64,000 nucleotides of DNA from Candidatus Limnocylindrales bacterium (GCA_038248915.1 JBBRXB010000003.1:177416-241415), one strand, 5' to 3'; counted from the first letter of the stretch, positions 48,114-57,006 are shown. The notes: generated from the letters alone by a model not told the origin. A program made the numbers and translations.

Positions 48114-48601
48114 GGCGACGAGCAGTCGACCTCGAGCGGCCGCACCGTCGACCCGAGAACCGTCACCTGCCGGCTGAACGTGACCGTCTGGCCCGGATCG
48201 ATCTTCGGGGTCAGGATGAACGCGCCCGGATTGCCCGTGCGATCGGCCAGATCGATCACCTGGCAGGTCGACTGGCCGGTGCTGGCCCCGTGGTTCGTGA
48301 CGGTCAGCGTCACCACCAACGCCCCGCCTTCACCCGCCGCGGACGCGACCGTCGCTTCGAATGGCCCGATGCCCGCGACGGCGAATTTGGCGGCGATGGC
48401 GAGGATCACGATGAACGCGATGACCCCGGCGATCGCGATGCCATGGACCTGCGAGCTCGAGACGTCGCGCAGCCCGAGTGGATTGCAGCGCTCACACAGC
48501 CCGACATCGAGCGGCACGGGCGCACCACATCGCGCGCACGCATGGGTCAGCTCGGGCTTGACGCCCGGCGCCTTTGGTGCCGCAGTCTGCGGGGTGGTCA
48601 C
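48110..48601 (-). CDS. Hypothetical membrane protein: zinc ribbon, TM, Ig-like domain
   Basis: CARC...CERC, one TM, LTVTN.G and IDPGQT motifs; GTGA overlap with the IMPase gene. Confidence 0.7.
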   Translation of the reverse strand: MTTPQTAAPKAPGVKPELTHACARCGAPVPLDVGLCERCNPLGLRDVSSSQVHGIAIAGVIAFIVILAIAAKFAVAGIGPFEATVASAAGEGGALVVTLTVTNHGASTGQSTCQVIDLADRTGNPGAFILTPKIDPGQTVTFSRQVTVLGSTVRPLEVDCSSP

Positions 48602-48977
48602 GAGGTTGATGGTGCCACGAACGGCCTGGTGTGGCGTCCGCGGCGTGCATCTGCCCGAATTGCACCCCCCCCCCCCCCCGGGTGTGAGTCGTGCCACATC
48701 GATAGGGCGGCCAGGGCGGCGTCCGGGTCACGCAGCCATCGGCGGATCGCAGCCGATCGAGATCGCCGGCCCGCCACCGAGCCACGACTTCCACGCGCAC
48801 ATCGAGGACAGCGGCGACCCGACGGATGACCCCGAGCGAGAGTGTGAGCGTGTGGCCGAGCTCCATCCGCGAGATCGTCGACGCGGAGACGTGGGCCATC
48901 GCGGCAAGATCGGCCTGTCGCCACCCGCGCTTGATGCGCATCGCCCGAACGACAGATCCGAACCGTTGGTCATCCAT
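48598..48977 (-). pseudogene. XRE-family HTH gene with an apparent internal deletion/frameshift
   Basis: MDDQRFG..VR..R...GWRQADLA..A.VS.STISRME.G HTH ending at GDLDRL near 48750; another frame then reads AIRRWLRDPDAALAALSMW into a G15 run. Confidence 0.65.
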
Positions 48978-49144
48978 GCGTGCCAGTCTCTTGCACCCAC
49001 GGACCGTTGCGGCCGGTCAACGGGCGGATTCGAGTCGATCGAAAGCCGCGCCGACCATCTGCACGCTGTCGACGGGGCGCAAGCCCAGGAGTCAACGATC
49101 GATCTTCGGCCGCAAGAGTCCCCGGGCGCAAAGGACTGGCAGAT
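48649..49144. mobile_element. Putative element bounded by imperfect inverted repeats, enclosing the HTH remnant
   Basis: ATCTGCCCGAATTGCACCC (48649-48667); reverse complement of 49124-49144 = ATCTGCCAGTCCTTTGCGCCC; internal TGCCAGTCTCTTGCACCC (48981-48998) next to the ATG. Confidence 0.45.
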
Positions 49145-49175
49145 AGTTGGGCCAAGTGTGGCCGCCACGAACCCC

Positions 49176-50099
49176 TTACCAGCGTCCGGTCGCCTCCACC
49201 AGCGCGTCGACGTCCGGCGTCGTCCGGGCGAGGACGATGGCGCCGTCCGCGCCGGCCGCCTGCCAGTGCGCCCAGGTCTCGCGCGGCTCGCGGACCCACG
49301 GCGTGTCGGCGATCGGGTCCTCGCCCAGCCAGTCGCCCTGGAACCCCACCAGCACCTGCTGGTCCTCGCGCCGCCGGCCGCTGGCGGCCAGCGATTCGAG
49401 ATAGATCGGCAGGTTGGTCTCGAAGTTGTCGTCGAACGCCGACCAGCCGTCCCCGATCCGCCCGGCCAGCCGCGACCCGGCCGGTGTCTCGCCGCCGATG
49501 ACGATCGGTGGCGGCGGATCGGGCACCGGATGGGCATACGCCTCGTGAAGCGGGTAGAACGGCGAGTCGCGGGTGACCGGGCCACCCGTCCACAGCGCCC
49601 GGATCACGGCGACGGCCTCCTCGAGACGGGCGACGCGCTCGGGCGGCGGCGGGAAATCGATGCCGTAGGCCGCGTGCTCCTTCGGGGCGCCGCCGATGCC
49701 CATCCCCAGGATCAGGCGGCCACCGCTCGCCACCTGGAGGGTCGAGGCCATCCGCGCCACGACGGTCGGGTGCCGGTTCATGACGTTCATCACGAACGGC
49801 GCGACGGTGACGCGCTCGGTCGCGGCAGCCGCCATCGCCAGGATCGTCCAGCTCTCGGTGACCGGGACCGTGAGATCGCCCCGACCCATGAAGTGGTCCC
49901 AGGCCCAGACCCCGGCATAACCCGCCGCATCCAGCCGTCGCGCGCTCTCGAGCCACCAGCGCGGCTCGCCCCGGATGGTCCGCAGACAGACCCCGATCGG
50001 CAGTCCGCCCGAGGCGTCCGCGGCCAGTCCGCCCGAGGCGCCCGCGGCCGCATCGCCCGCGGCCGCATCGCCCGTCGCCGCATCGCCCGCGGCCGTCAC
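49176..50099 (-). CDS. LLM class flavin/F420-dependent oxidoreductase
   Basis: GY.GVW.WDH, RHP..VARMASTL...SGGRL.LG.G.G, RLEEA, PIVIGG; low-complexity repeated N-terminus. Confidence 0.88.
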   Translation of the reverse strand: MTAAGDAATGDAAAGDAAAGASGGLAADASGGLPIGVCLRTIRGEPRWWLESARRLDAAGYAGVWAWDHFMGRGDLTVPVTESWTILAMAAAATERVTVAPFVMNVMNRHPTVVARMASTLQVASGGRLILGMGIGGAPKEHAAYGIDFPPPPERVARLEEAVAVIRALWTGGPVTRDSPFYPLHEAYAHPVPDPPPPIVIGGETPAGSRLAGRIGDGWSAFDDNFETNLPIYLESLAASGRRREDQQVLVGFQGDWLGEDPIADTPWVREPRETWAHWQAAGADGAIVLARTTPDVDALVEATGRW

Positions 50100-50953
50100 A
50101 GCCCGGTCTCGAACAGCCGGATGTCCTGGTCGGCCATGACGTGGCCATCACCCCGGGTCGGCCCGAGCGCCGCGCGCGCCCCCAGCGCGTCGAGATCGGC
50201 CGGGAACCGCCCGATGAGATCGAGCACGACCGCCTGGATGCGAGCCGCGTTGTGCTCGAAGACCTCGAGGACGCTCATGGCGTCGACGGCCTCGGTCCCG
50301 TCGATGACACCCGCGTCGTAATCGGTGATGAGGGCGATATTGACGACCGCGATGCCGAGCTCGCGACACAGCCACGCCTCCGGATACTGGGTCATGTTGA
50401 TGACCTCCCAGCCAGCGTCGCTGAACCACTTCGACTCGGCCTTGGTCGAGAACCGTGGGCCACCGATGACGACGACCGTCCCGGTCTCGTGGACGGGGAT
50501 GTCGTGGTCGCGGATGGTGGCGATGGCAAGTTCGCGCAGGACCGGGTCGTAGATCTCGGCCGACGACAGGTGGGTCACGATCGGGCCGTCGTAGAACGTA
50601 TCGATCCGGCCGGTCGTCCGGTCGACGAACTGATCGCACACGACGAAGTCACCGGGCTTGACCGCCAGCTGGAGCGAGCCGGCCGCGCAGGGCGAGATCG
50701 CCGCCTTGACCCCGAGCGAGCGCATCGCCCACACGTTGGCTCGGTAGTTGATCTTGTGCGGCGGGATCGTATGGCGGCGGCCGTGGCGTGGCAGGAAGGC
50801 GACGCGTCGGCCGCCGACGTCGGCGAGGAAGATCGAATCGGATGGCGGGCCATACGGCGTGTCGACCTTGACCTCGCGCACGTCCTCGAGCAACGAGTAG
50901 AACCCCGAGCCGCCGAAGACCCCGATCTCCGCCGTGTCCGAACCGTGCGCCAC
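50096..50953 (-). CDS. mtnP: S-methyl-5'-thioadenosine phosphorylase
   Basis: GVFGGSG, TPYG.PS, FLPRHG..H..PPH.INYRAN, GPRFSTKAES, NMT..PE, TDYD; GGAGG SD before GTG 50953 (alternative ATG at 50965). Confidence 0.92.
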   Translation of the reverse strand: MAHGSDTAEIGVFGGSGFYSLLEDVREVKVDTPYGPPSDSIFLADVGGRRVAFLPRHGRRHTIPPHKINYRANVWAMRSLGVKAAISPCAAGSLQLAVKPGDFVVCDQFVDRTTGRIDTFYDGPIVTHLSSAEIYDPVLRELAIATIRDHDIPVHETGTVVVIGGPRFSTKAESKWFSDAGWEVINMTQYPEAWLCRELGIAVVNIALITDYDAGVIDGTEAVDAMSVLEVFEHNAARIQAVVLDLIGRFPADLDALGARAALGPTRGDGHVMADQDIRLFETGL

Positions 50954-51045
50954 GATCGCCTCCATCGCTTGGCCGACGCGAGGGCCGGATCGTGACCGAT
51001 TCTAGCGCGGTCGCGCGGACGGTCACGTTCTACGATGGGCGCGCC

Positions 51046-51387
51046 ATGACACTGCCCGATCCGACCGAACGAACCACGACCGAACCGCCGCCACTGGATC
51101 CGACGCCACCGAGTCCCCCGCCGAGCGCGACCCCGCCGAGCGCGACCCCGCCGAGTCCGCCACCCACGACACCGCCGGTACCGGCCTGGGCGCCGCCCCC
51201 GGCGGACCACGGTCGTGGCCTCTCGCTCATCGTCGGCGTGATCATCCTGATCGTCGGCGCCTGGTTCTTCGCCACGCGGACGCTGGGGCTCGACCTGCCC
51301 GACCTCGACTGGGACCAGCTCTGGCCGGTCATCCTCATCCTCATCGGATCGTGGATCGTCTATGCCTCGGTCCGCCGTGCCCGCTGA
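51046..51387 (+). CDS. Small membrane protein (LiaF-TM/DUF5668-like) with a Pro-rich N-terminus
   Basis: GVIILIVGAWFF...LWPVILILIG motif. Confidence 0.75.
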   Translation: MTLPDPTERTTTEPPPLDPTPPSPPPSATPPSATPPSPPPTTPPVPAWAPPPADHGRGLSLIVGVIILIVGAWFFATRTLGLDLPDLDWDQLWPVILILIGSWIVYASVRRAR

Positions 51388-52045
51388 CTGGGTCCAGGGC
51401 GATGGATCCGCGACGGACCGTGCCTGGTTGGCCGACTGGCGTCGTCGTGTGGCGGCGCTCTACGCGGAGGTCCGCGGCATGGCGGTCAACGACCCGGACG
51501 TGGCCTTGGCGCACTGGCGAGCCGTCCGCGAAAGCCTCTTCCGTGAGCACCCGCAGTCACCGGTGCCGGTCGATCGCCGAGCGAGCTTCCGGGCCCAGCA
51601 CTTCGTCCACGACCCGAGCCTGCGTTTCGAGGTGACCGTCGAACCGGGCCCAGCGCCGGCGCCAGGGGCCTTCGCGATCGAGCTCCCCGACAGCGGCGCG
51701 GACGCGTTGTCGTTCAGCTGCATCGGGCGGGTCAGCCTGCCGTTCGCCCAGGGGCCGCGCTCGCTGTCCGTGTTCTGGATGGCCGGCTATGCGGGCGGCC
51801 TGTTCATCCCGTTCCGGGACGCGACCAACGGCACCGAGACGTACGGCGCGGGTCGCTATCTCGTCGATGCCGCCAAGAGCGCCGATCTCGGCGGCGACCC
51901 GTCGGCCGGGACGCTCATCCTCGACTTCAACTTCGCGATCCAGCCGTCGTGCGCGTTCGATCCCCGCTGGGCGTGCCCGCTGGCACCACCGGAAAACCGG
52001 CTGGACCTCCCGATCCGTGCGGGCGAGCGGCTGCCACCCGTCTGA
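51377..52045 (+). CDS. DUF1684 domain protein
   Basis: HPQSP, F.PFRDATNG.ETYGAGRYL, LDFNFA.QPSCAFD..W.CPL.PPENRL. Confidence 0.92.
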   Translation: MPADWVQGDGSATDRAWLADWRRRVAALYAEVRGMAVNDPDVALAHWRAVRESLFREHPQSPVPVDRRASFRAQHFVHDPSLRFEVTVEPGPAPAPGAFAIELPDSGADALSFSCIGRVSLPFAQGPRSLSVFWMAGYAGGLFIPFRDATNGTETYGAGRYLVDAAKSADLGGDPSAGTLILDFNFAIQPSCAFDPRWACPLAPPENRLDLPIRAGERLPPV

Positions 52046-52111
52046 CCGCTCGCCATCCGACCGTACCAAGGGGCCATCGACGCTCATCCGGCGGGCTCCC
52101 AAGATGGACCG

Positions 52112-53323
52112 ATGCGGTTCCTCTCGCCGTCCCGGCGATCGGGCAACGAGCGCCTGCTGTGGTCACGCGACATCCGCTTCGTGCGGCGTCTTGCGGCGCG
52201 CCTCGAGGACGGGCACGTCCTGGACCTGGAGACGGGGAGCGTGCTCGTCGGACCGGCCGACGCGCTGACGGAGGCCCTGGCCAGCGAGGTCGCCCATGCC
52301 GCCAACTGGCCCGAATACGGTCTGGTCGCGGTGGATGACACGCTGCCGGAGCGCGACCGCTACCTCGTCGCGATGTCGTCGGCCGTCCAGCTGTCCGGGC
52401 TCGCCGATCGGATCGGGATGGCCCAGTCGACGCAGGTCGTCCAGACCAAGATGCTCGACTACTTCTTCAGCCTCCGGAAGCTCCATCGCGTCGCCTACCA
52501 GCCGATCACCCACCTGGCGACCGGGCAGCTGTACGAGTACGAGTGCGTCTTCCGACCGGACATGCCGATGCTTCCGCAGTCGATCACCTCGGTCGTCCAG
52601 GCGGCGATCAGCACGGACCGCGGGGTCGAGCTCGACGTGTACATCGTGGCGACGATCCTCGAAGAGGTCGGCCGCCTCGAGGCCGCCCAGCGGGAAGCCG
52701 GCGGCGAGCCCCGCCGCTACGCCATCAACCTGACCCCGTACAGCATCCTCGACCCGGCGTTCGAGGCGCAGGCGCTGGCCGCCCAGGTCCGCGCGGCCGG
52801 GCTCGATCCGCGCCAGATCACGATCGAATGCACCGAGCAGCAGTCCGTGCCCGACATCGGGGTCCTCTACCGCCAGGTCCGGGCGTTGCGCAAGGCCGGC
52901 TTCGGGTTCGCGGTCGATGACGCGGGCGCCGGGTTCGCCAGCTTCTCGCTCATCGCCGCCCTGCGCCCGTCGGTCATCAAGATCGACCGCGAGATCATCC
53001 ACGGCATCGGCCACGACGACGCCAAGCAGGCCCTCGTCGAGGCGTTCGTGTCGTTCGGCCGCCGGATCGGCGCGCATCTGCTGGCCGAGGGCATCGAGCG
53101 GCGCGCGGACGTGACGGCCCTGACGACGCTCAACGTCGAGTTCGGCCAGGGCTATCTGCTCGGCCGGCCGGCACCGACGCCGATGCCGCCGAGACACCTC
53201 GATCGGGTCGTTCGCGCGGCCGGGGCCAAGGTCGGGGCACGGACCTCCGTCGCGCGGATGGGCCGGTCCACGAGCGCCGGTGATGCCGCCACGGCCCGGG
53301 CTCGGCTACCATCGAGGGCATGA
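52112..53323 (+). CDS. EAL-domain c-di-GMP phosphodiesterase with an unknown N-terminal region
   Basis: YQPI, ECVFR (EAL position), AINL, IECTE, AVDDAGAG, IKIDR, AEGIE, GQGYLLGRP. Confidence 0.88.
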   Translation: MRFLSPSRRSGNERLLWSRDIRFVRRLAARLEDGHVLDLETGSVLVGPADALTEALASEVAHAANWPEYGLVAVDDTLPERDRYLVAMSSAVQLSGLADRIGMAQSTQVVQTKMLDYFFSLRKLHRVAYQPITHLATGQLYEYECVFRPDMPMLPQSITSVVQAAISTDRGVELDVYIVATILEEVGRLEAAQREAGGEPRRYAINLTPYSILDPAFEAQALAAQVRAAGLDPRQITIECTEQQSVPDIGVLYRQVRALRKAGFGFAVDDAGAGFASFSLIAALRPSVIKIDREIIHGIGHDDAKQALVEAFVSFGRRIGAHLLAEGIERRADVTALTTLNVEFGQGYLLGRPAPTPMPPRHLDRVVRAAGAKVGARTSVARMGRSTSAGDAATARARLPSRA

Positions 53324-53760
53324 CCGAACCACCAACCGTCGCCTTCCCGGACCACATCCGCACCTTCCTCGACGACGAGCGATACGCCACGATCTCGACC
53401 CTCGACCCCGATGGCGGCCCACGCCAGGCCGTCGTCTGGTACACGGTCGATGGCGACGAGATCGTCATCAACAGCCGGGCCGGGCGGCGCTGGCCGACCA
53501 ACCTCCTGCGCGATGCTCGTGTCGCGCTGGCGGTCATCGATTGCGGCCGCGGCGAGCGCTGGGTCGGCGTGACGGGCACGGTCCGTCCGATCACGGACTG
53601 GGCGACGGCCCAGGGCGACATCGCCGCGATGGCCCGTCGGTATCCGGCCGAGAGCCCCGAGGAGGCCGAGCGCACGATCACCGAGCAGTTCGAGCGCCAG
53701 GAGCGGATCAGCTTCCGGATCCGGCCGGCCGCCTTTCACGACCACCTGGACGACGAATGA
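53320..53760 (+). CDS. PPOX-class (split-barrel) F420-dependent oxidoreductase
   Basis: ATISTL.PDG.P....VWY, NL.RD.RVAL; own TACCAT -10 upstream. Confidence 0.85.
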   Translation: MTEPPTVAFPDHIRTFLDDERYATISTLDPDGGPRQAVVWYTVDGDEIVINSRAGRRWPTNLLRDARVALAVIDCGRGERWVGVTGTVRPITDWATAQGDIAAMARRYPAESPEEAERTITEQFERQERISFRIRPAAFHDHLDDE

Positions 53761-54683
53761 CGCGCTTCGGGCTCCAGCTCTGGTCGCAGCAGACCGATTG
53801 GCCGGGCTTCCGGGACGCGGCGCTCGCCGCCGAGGCCGCCGACTGGGATTCGGTCTGGACGTGGGATCACCTGATGGCCATCTTCGGGCCGTGGGAGCAG
53901 CCGATCTTCGAGGGCTGGAGCGTCCTGGCCGGCGTCGCCGCCCTGACGTCTCGGGTGCGGCTCGGGCTGATGGTCGGGGCCAACACGTTCCGCAACCCGG
54001 GTCACACGGCCAAGCTGGCCACGACCCTCGACCACCTGTCGGGCGGCCGGGCCGTGCTCGGCATCGGTGGCGCCTGGTTCGAGCGCGAGCACGATGCCTA
54101 CGGGATCGACTTCTTCTCGGGCCACGGCGAGCGGCTCGACCGGCTCGACGAGGCGGTCATGCTCATGCGCCGACTGCTCGATGGTGAGCGGTTCAGCCAC
54201 GAGGGCCGCTTCTATACGTTCCACGACGCGCTGTGCTCGCCGCGCCCGATCCAGAGCCACCTGCCGATCCTCGTCGGCGGGTCGGGGCCGCGCAAGACGC
54301 TCCGGACCGTCGCGCTGCGGGCCGACGGCTGGAACACGAGCGGCTCGCTCGAGGAGGTCCGAACCAGGCTGGACCTGCTGGCCGAGCACTGCTCGGATGT
54401 GGGCCGCGACCTCGGCCATATCGAGAAGACCGTCAGCTTCCCGATCGTCCTGCGCGACGACCGAGCCGCCGCGGCGGCTGTTTACGACACGCTCCTGGCC
54501 GCGAACGGGATCGAACAGATGGAGAGCAGTACGGCACTGCTCGGGAGCCCGACCGAGGTGGCCGACGCGCTCCGGCCGTACGCCGAGCTCGGCTTCCGGA
54601 CCGTCATCGTGCGGATGCCGGCCCCCTACGACCACGAGACCATCGACCGAATGGCGCGGGTCGCCGAGCTCCTCGAGGCGTGA
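53757..54683 (+). CDS. LLM class F420-dependent oxidoreductase
   Basis: WTWDH, EGW..LA, FRNPG..AK..TTLDHLSGGR..LGIGG.W.EREH, PILVGG.G.RKT. Confidence 0.9.
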   Translation: MTRFGLQLWSQQTDWPGFRDAALAAEAADWDSVWTWDHLMAIFGPWEQPIFEGWSVLAGVAALTSRVRLGLMVGANTFRNPGHTAKLATTLDHLSGGRAVLGIGGAWFEREHDAYGIDFFSGHGERLDRLDEAVMLMRRLLDGERFSHEGRFYTFHDALCSPRPIQSHLPILVGGSGPRKTLRTVALRADGWNTSGSLEEVRTRLDLLAEHCSDVGRDLGHIEKTVSFPIVLRDDRAAAAAVYDTLLAANGIEQMESSTALLGSPTEVADALRPYAELGFRTVIVRMPAPYDHETIDRMARVAELLEA

Positions 54684-54687
54684 TCGC

Positions 54688-55623
54688 GTGAAGGTCGTGG
54701 CGCTCGCGGGTGGGACCGGCGGCGCGAAGCTGGCCCACGGCCTGCAGGCCATCCTGCCACCGGGTGACCTGACCGTCATCGCCAACACCGGCGACGATAC
54801 GGAACGCCACGGCCTGCTGGTCATGCCCGACCACGACGCGGTCATGTACATGCTGGCCGGGCGGTTCGACGACGAACGCGGCTGGGGTCTCGCCGGCGAG
54901 ACCTGGACCGTGATGGACGGCCTGACCGAATACGGCGAAGCCGGCTGGTTCCGGCTCGGTGACCGGGACTTCGCCACGCACATCGCGCGGACTGCCCGGC
55001 TGGCCGATGGCACCGGGCTGACCGCCGTCGTGCGCTCGCTCCAGGCGGCGCTCGGCATCCCGACCGCGATCCTGCCGATGGCCGACCAGCCGGTGCGAAC
55101 CCAGGTCCGGACCGACGAGAGCTGGCTCGACTTCCAGGAGTACTTCGTCCATCGCCACCAGGCGCCCGAGGTGCGAGAGATCCGATACGCCGGGATCGAG
55201 GCCGCGCGACCGACGGCCGACGTGGCTGCCGCGCTCGCGGCGACCGAGGTCGTGGTCATCGGTCCGTCGAACCCACTCGTGTCGATCGGGCCGATCCTGG
55301 CCGTGCCGGGCATGACCGATCGGATGGAGGCCGCCCGAGCCCGGGGCGTGCCGGTCGTCGCGGTCAGCGGCATCGTCGGTGGCGTCGCACTCAAGGGCCC
55401 GGCCGATCGGATGCTGACCTCGCTCGGTCACGAATCGAGCGCCCGGGGAGTGGCGGCGCAGTACGCCGATCACCTCGATGCATTCGTGCTCGACACGGTC
55501 GACGCGGCGCTCGAACCGGCCATCGCGGCGCTCGGGCTGCGCACGCTCGTGACCGACACGATCATGGCCGATCATGCGGGTCGAGCCCGTCTCGCGCGGA
55601 CCATCCTGGGCTTCATCCGGTGA
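54688..55623 (+). CDS. cofD: 2-phospho-L-lactate / PEP transferase (F420 synthesis)
   Basis: LAGGTGGAK, NTGDD, WF.LGDRD.ATH..RT, FQEYFV, GPSNP.VSI.PIL, KGPA. Confidence 0.94.
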   Translation: MKVVALAGGTGGAKLAHGLQAILPPGDLTVIANTGDDTERHGLLVMPDHDAVMYMLAGRFDDERGWGLAGETWTVMDGLTEYGEAGWFRLGDRDFATHIARTARLADGTGLTAVVRSLQAALGIPTAILPMADQPVRTQVRTDESWLDFQEYFVHRHQAPEVREIRYAGIEAARPTADVAAALAATEVVVIGPSNPLVSIGPILAVPGMTDRMEAARARGVPVVAVSGIVGGVALKGPADRMLTSLGHESSARGVAAQYADHLDAFVLDTVDAALEPAIAALGLRTLVTDTIMADHAGRARLARTILGFIR

Positions 55624-56243
55624 CGCGGGTCGCGGCGATCGTCCCGGTCGGCACGCTCGATGGGGCCAAGACGAGGCTGGGTGATGCGCTCGATGCGGAG
55701 GAGCGGCAGGATCTCGTCGATGGCCTCCTGGTACGGACCGTGGTGGCCGCTCTGGCCGTCGATCGGATCGATGATGTGCTGGTCGTCAGCCCCGACCGCG
55801 AGGTCCTGCGCCGCTCCGCGGATCTTGGCGCGCGCACCCTCCACCAGCGCTCCCGCGGGCTCAACCGTGGTCTCGCCGAAGCCCGCGTGGACGTCGTCGC
55901 GGGCGGTGCCGATACGATCCTGGTGTTCCCGATCGACCTCCCATTCGTCGATGCCGAGGCCGTGACCGCGGTCGTGGCGGCGCTCGAGGCCGGAGCCCCG
56001 GCACGGACCGTCGTCCTCGTCACGGACCGACACGGCACCGGCACGAATGCGCTGGGGCTGCGCCCGCCGGATGTGATCGAGTTCGCGTTCGGGCCAGGCA
56101 GCCGCCGCGCCCATCGGGCCGCAGCCTCGGGCGCCGGGGCGATCTACACCGAGGTCGACGGGCCGCTCATGGTCGATCTCGATACGCCCGACGATCTGGT
56201 GTACGTCGAATCCAGCCAGGAGGAGGGCCTCGGTGTCGGCTGA
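55620..56243 (+). CDS. cofC: 2-phospho-L-lactate / PEP guanylyltransferase
   Basis: AKTRL, GLN, DLP, DRHGTGTNAL, FG.GS...H, DLDTPDDL. Confidence 0.93.
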   Translation: MTRVAAIVPVGTLDGAKTRLGDALDAEERQDLVDGLLVRTVVAALAVDRIDDVLVVSPDREVLRRSADLGARTLHQRSRGLNRGLAEARVDVVAGGADTILVFPIDLPFVDAEAVTAVVAALEAGAPARTVVLVTDRHGTGTNALGLRPPDVIEFAFGPGSRRAHRAAASGAGAIYTEVDGPLMVDLDTPDDLVYVESSQEEGLGVG

Positions 56244-57006
56244 TCGGACGATCCGCATCCTCGCCCTCGACGGCATCCCGGAGGTCCGTGCCGGCGACGA
56301 CCTCGGCGCGTTCATCGGCAACGCCCTGGGCCGGACGTCGGGCGCGCTGCCGCTAACGCTCGATGACGTCCTCGTCGTCACCCAGAAGATCGTGTCGAAG
56401 GCCGAGGGCGCGGTGGTCGACCTGACGACGGTCGTGCCCCGCCGGGCGGCTGTGAAGTTCGCCAAGCGGTTCGATCGCGACGCTCGCCAGGTGGAGGTCG
56501 TCCTGCGCGAGGCGCGCCGCATCGTTCGGATGCAGGACGGCGTGCTCATCACGGAGACGGCCCACGGGTTCGTCTGCGCGAACGGCGGGATCGATGCCTC
56601 GAACGTAGGATCCGATTCGGGCTCGGTCGTGACCCTCCTGCCGGTCGACCCCGATCGTTCCGCCGCCGTCATCCGGGCGTCGGTGCGCGCGCGGTTCGGC
56701 ATCGACGTGCCAGTCGTGATGTCCGACTCGTTCGGCCGGCCCTGGCGCTGGGGCATCGTCGATGTCGCGATCGGCGTGTCGGGTCTGCTGCCGTTGGAGG
56801 ATCTGCGCGGCTCGCCCGACGCGGATGGCCGGATCATGCGGTCCACCGTGCGTGCCGTCGCGGACGAGCTCGCCTCCGCAGCCGAGCTGAGCCTTGGCAA
56901 GACCGACGGCCATCCCGTGGCGCTGGTGCGCGGCGCCACGTTCACCCGCGGTGAGGCCACGATCCGCGAGGCTCTCATCCCCCGCGAGAACGACCTCTTT
57001 CCCTGA
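56233..57006 (+). CDS. cofE: Coenzyme F420-0:L-glutamate ligase (ligase domain only)
   Basis: GIPEV..GDDL, QKIVSKAEG, CANGGIDASN, LP.DPD.SA, DSFGRPWR.G, ADELASAA.L..GK. Confidence 0.94.
   Translation: MSADRTIRILALDGIPEVRAGDDLGAFIGNALGRTSGALPLTLDDVLVVTQKIVSKAEGAVVDLTTVVPRRAAVKFAKRFDRDARQVEVVLREARRIVRMQDGVLITETAHGFVCANGGIDASNVGSDSGSVVTLLPVDPDRSAAVIRASVRARFGIDVPVVMSDSFGRPWRWGIVDVAIGVSGLLPLEDLRGSPDADGRIMRSTVRAVADELASAAELSLGKTDGHPVALVRGATFTRGEATIREALIPRENDLFP

Noticed and set aside
49998-50096. 15- and 21-bp tandem repeats at the LLM gene 5' end
   Set aside because: In-frame low-complexity expansion (GDAAA, ASGGL), probably neutral slippage
47301-50321. 1006-aa plus-strand ORF and similar long ORFs (247-1785, 28913-30943, 33326-35299, 42281-43780, 45103-47118)
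   Set aside because: Antisense shadows of well-supported genes; Arg/Gly/Pro-rich with no motifs, as expected at high GC
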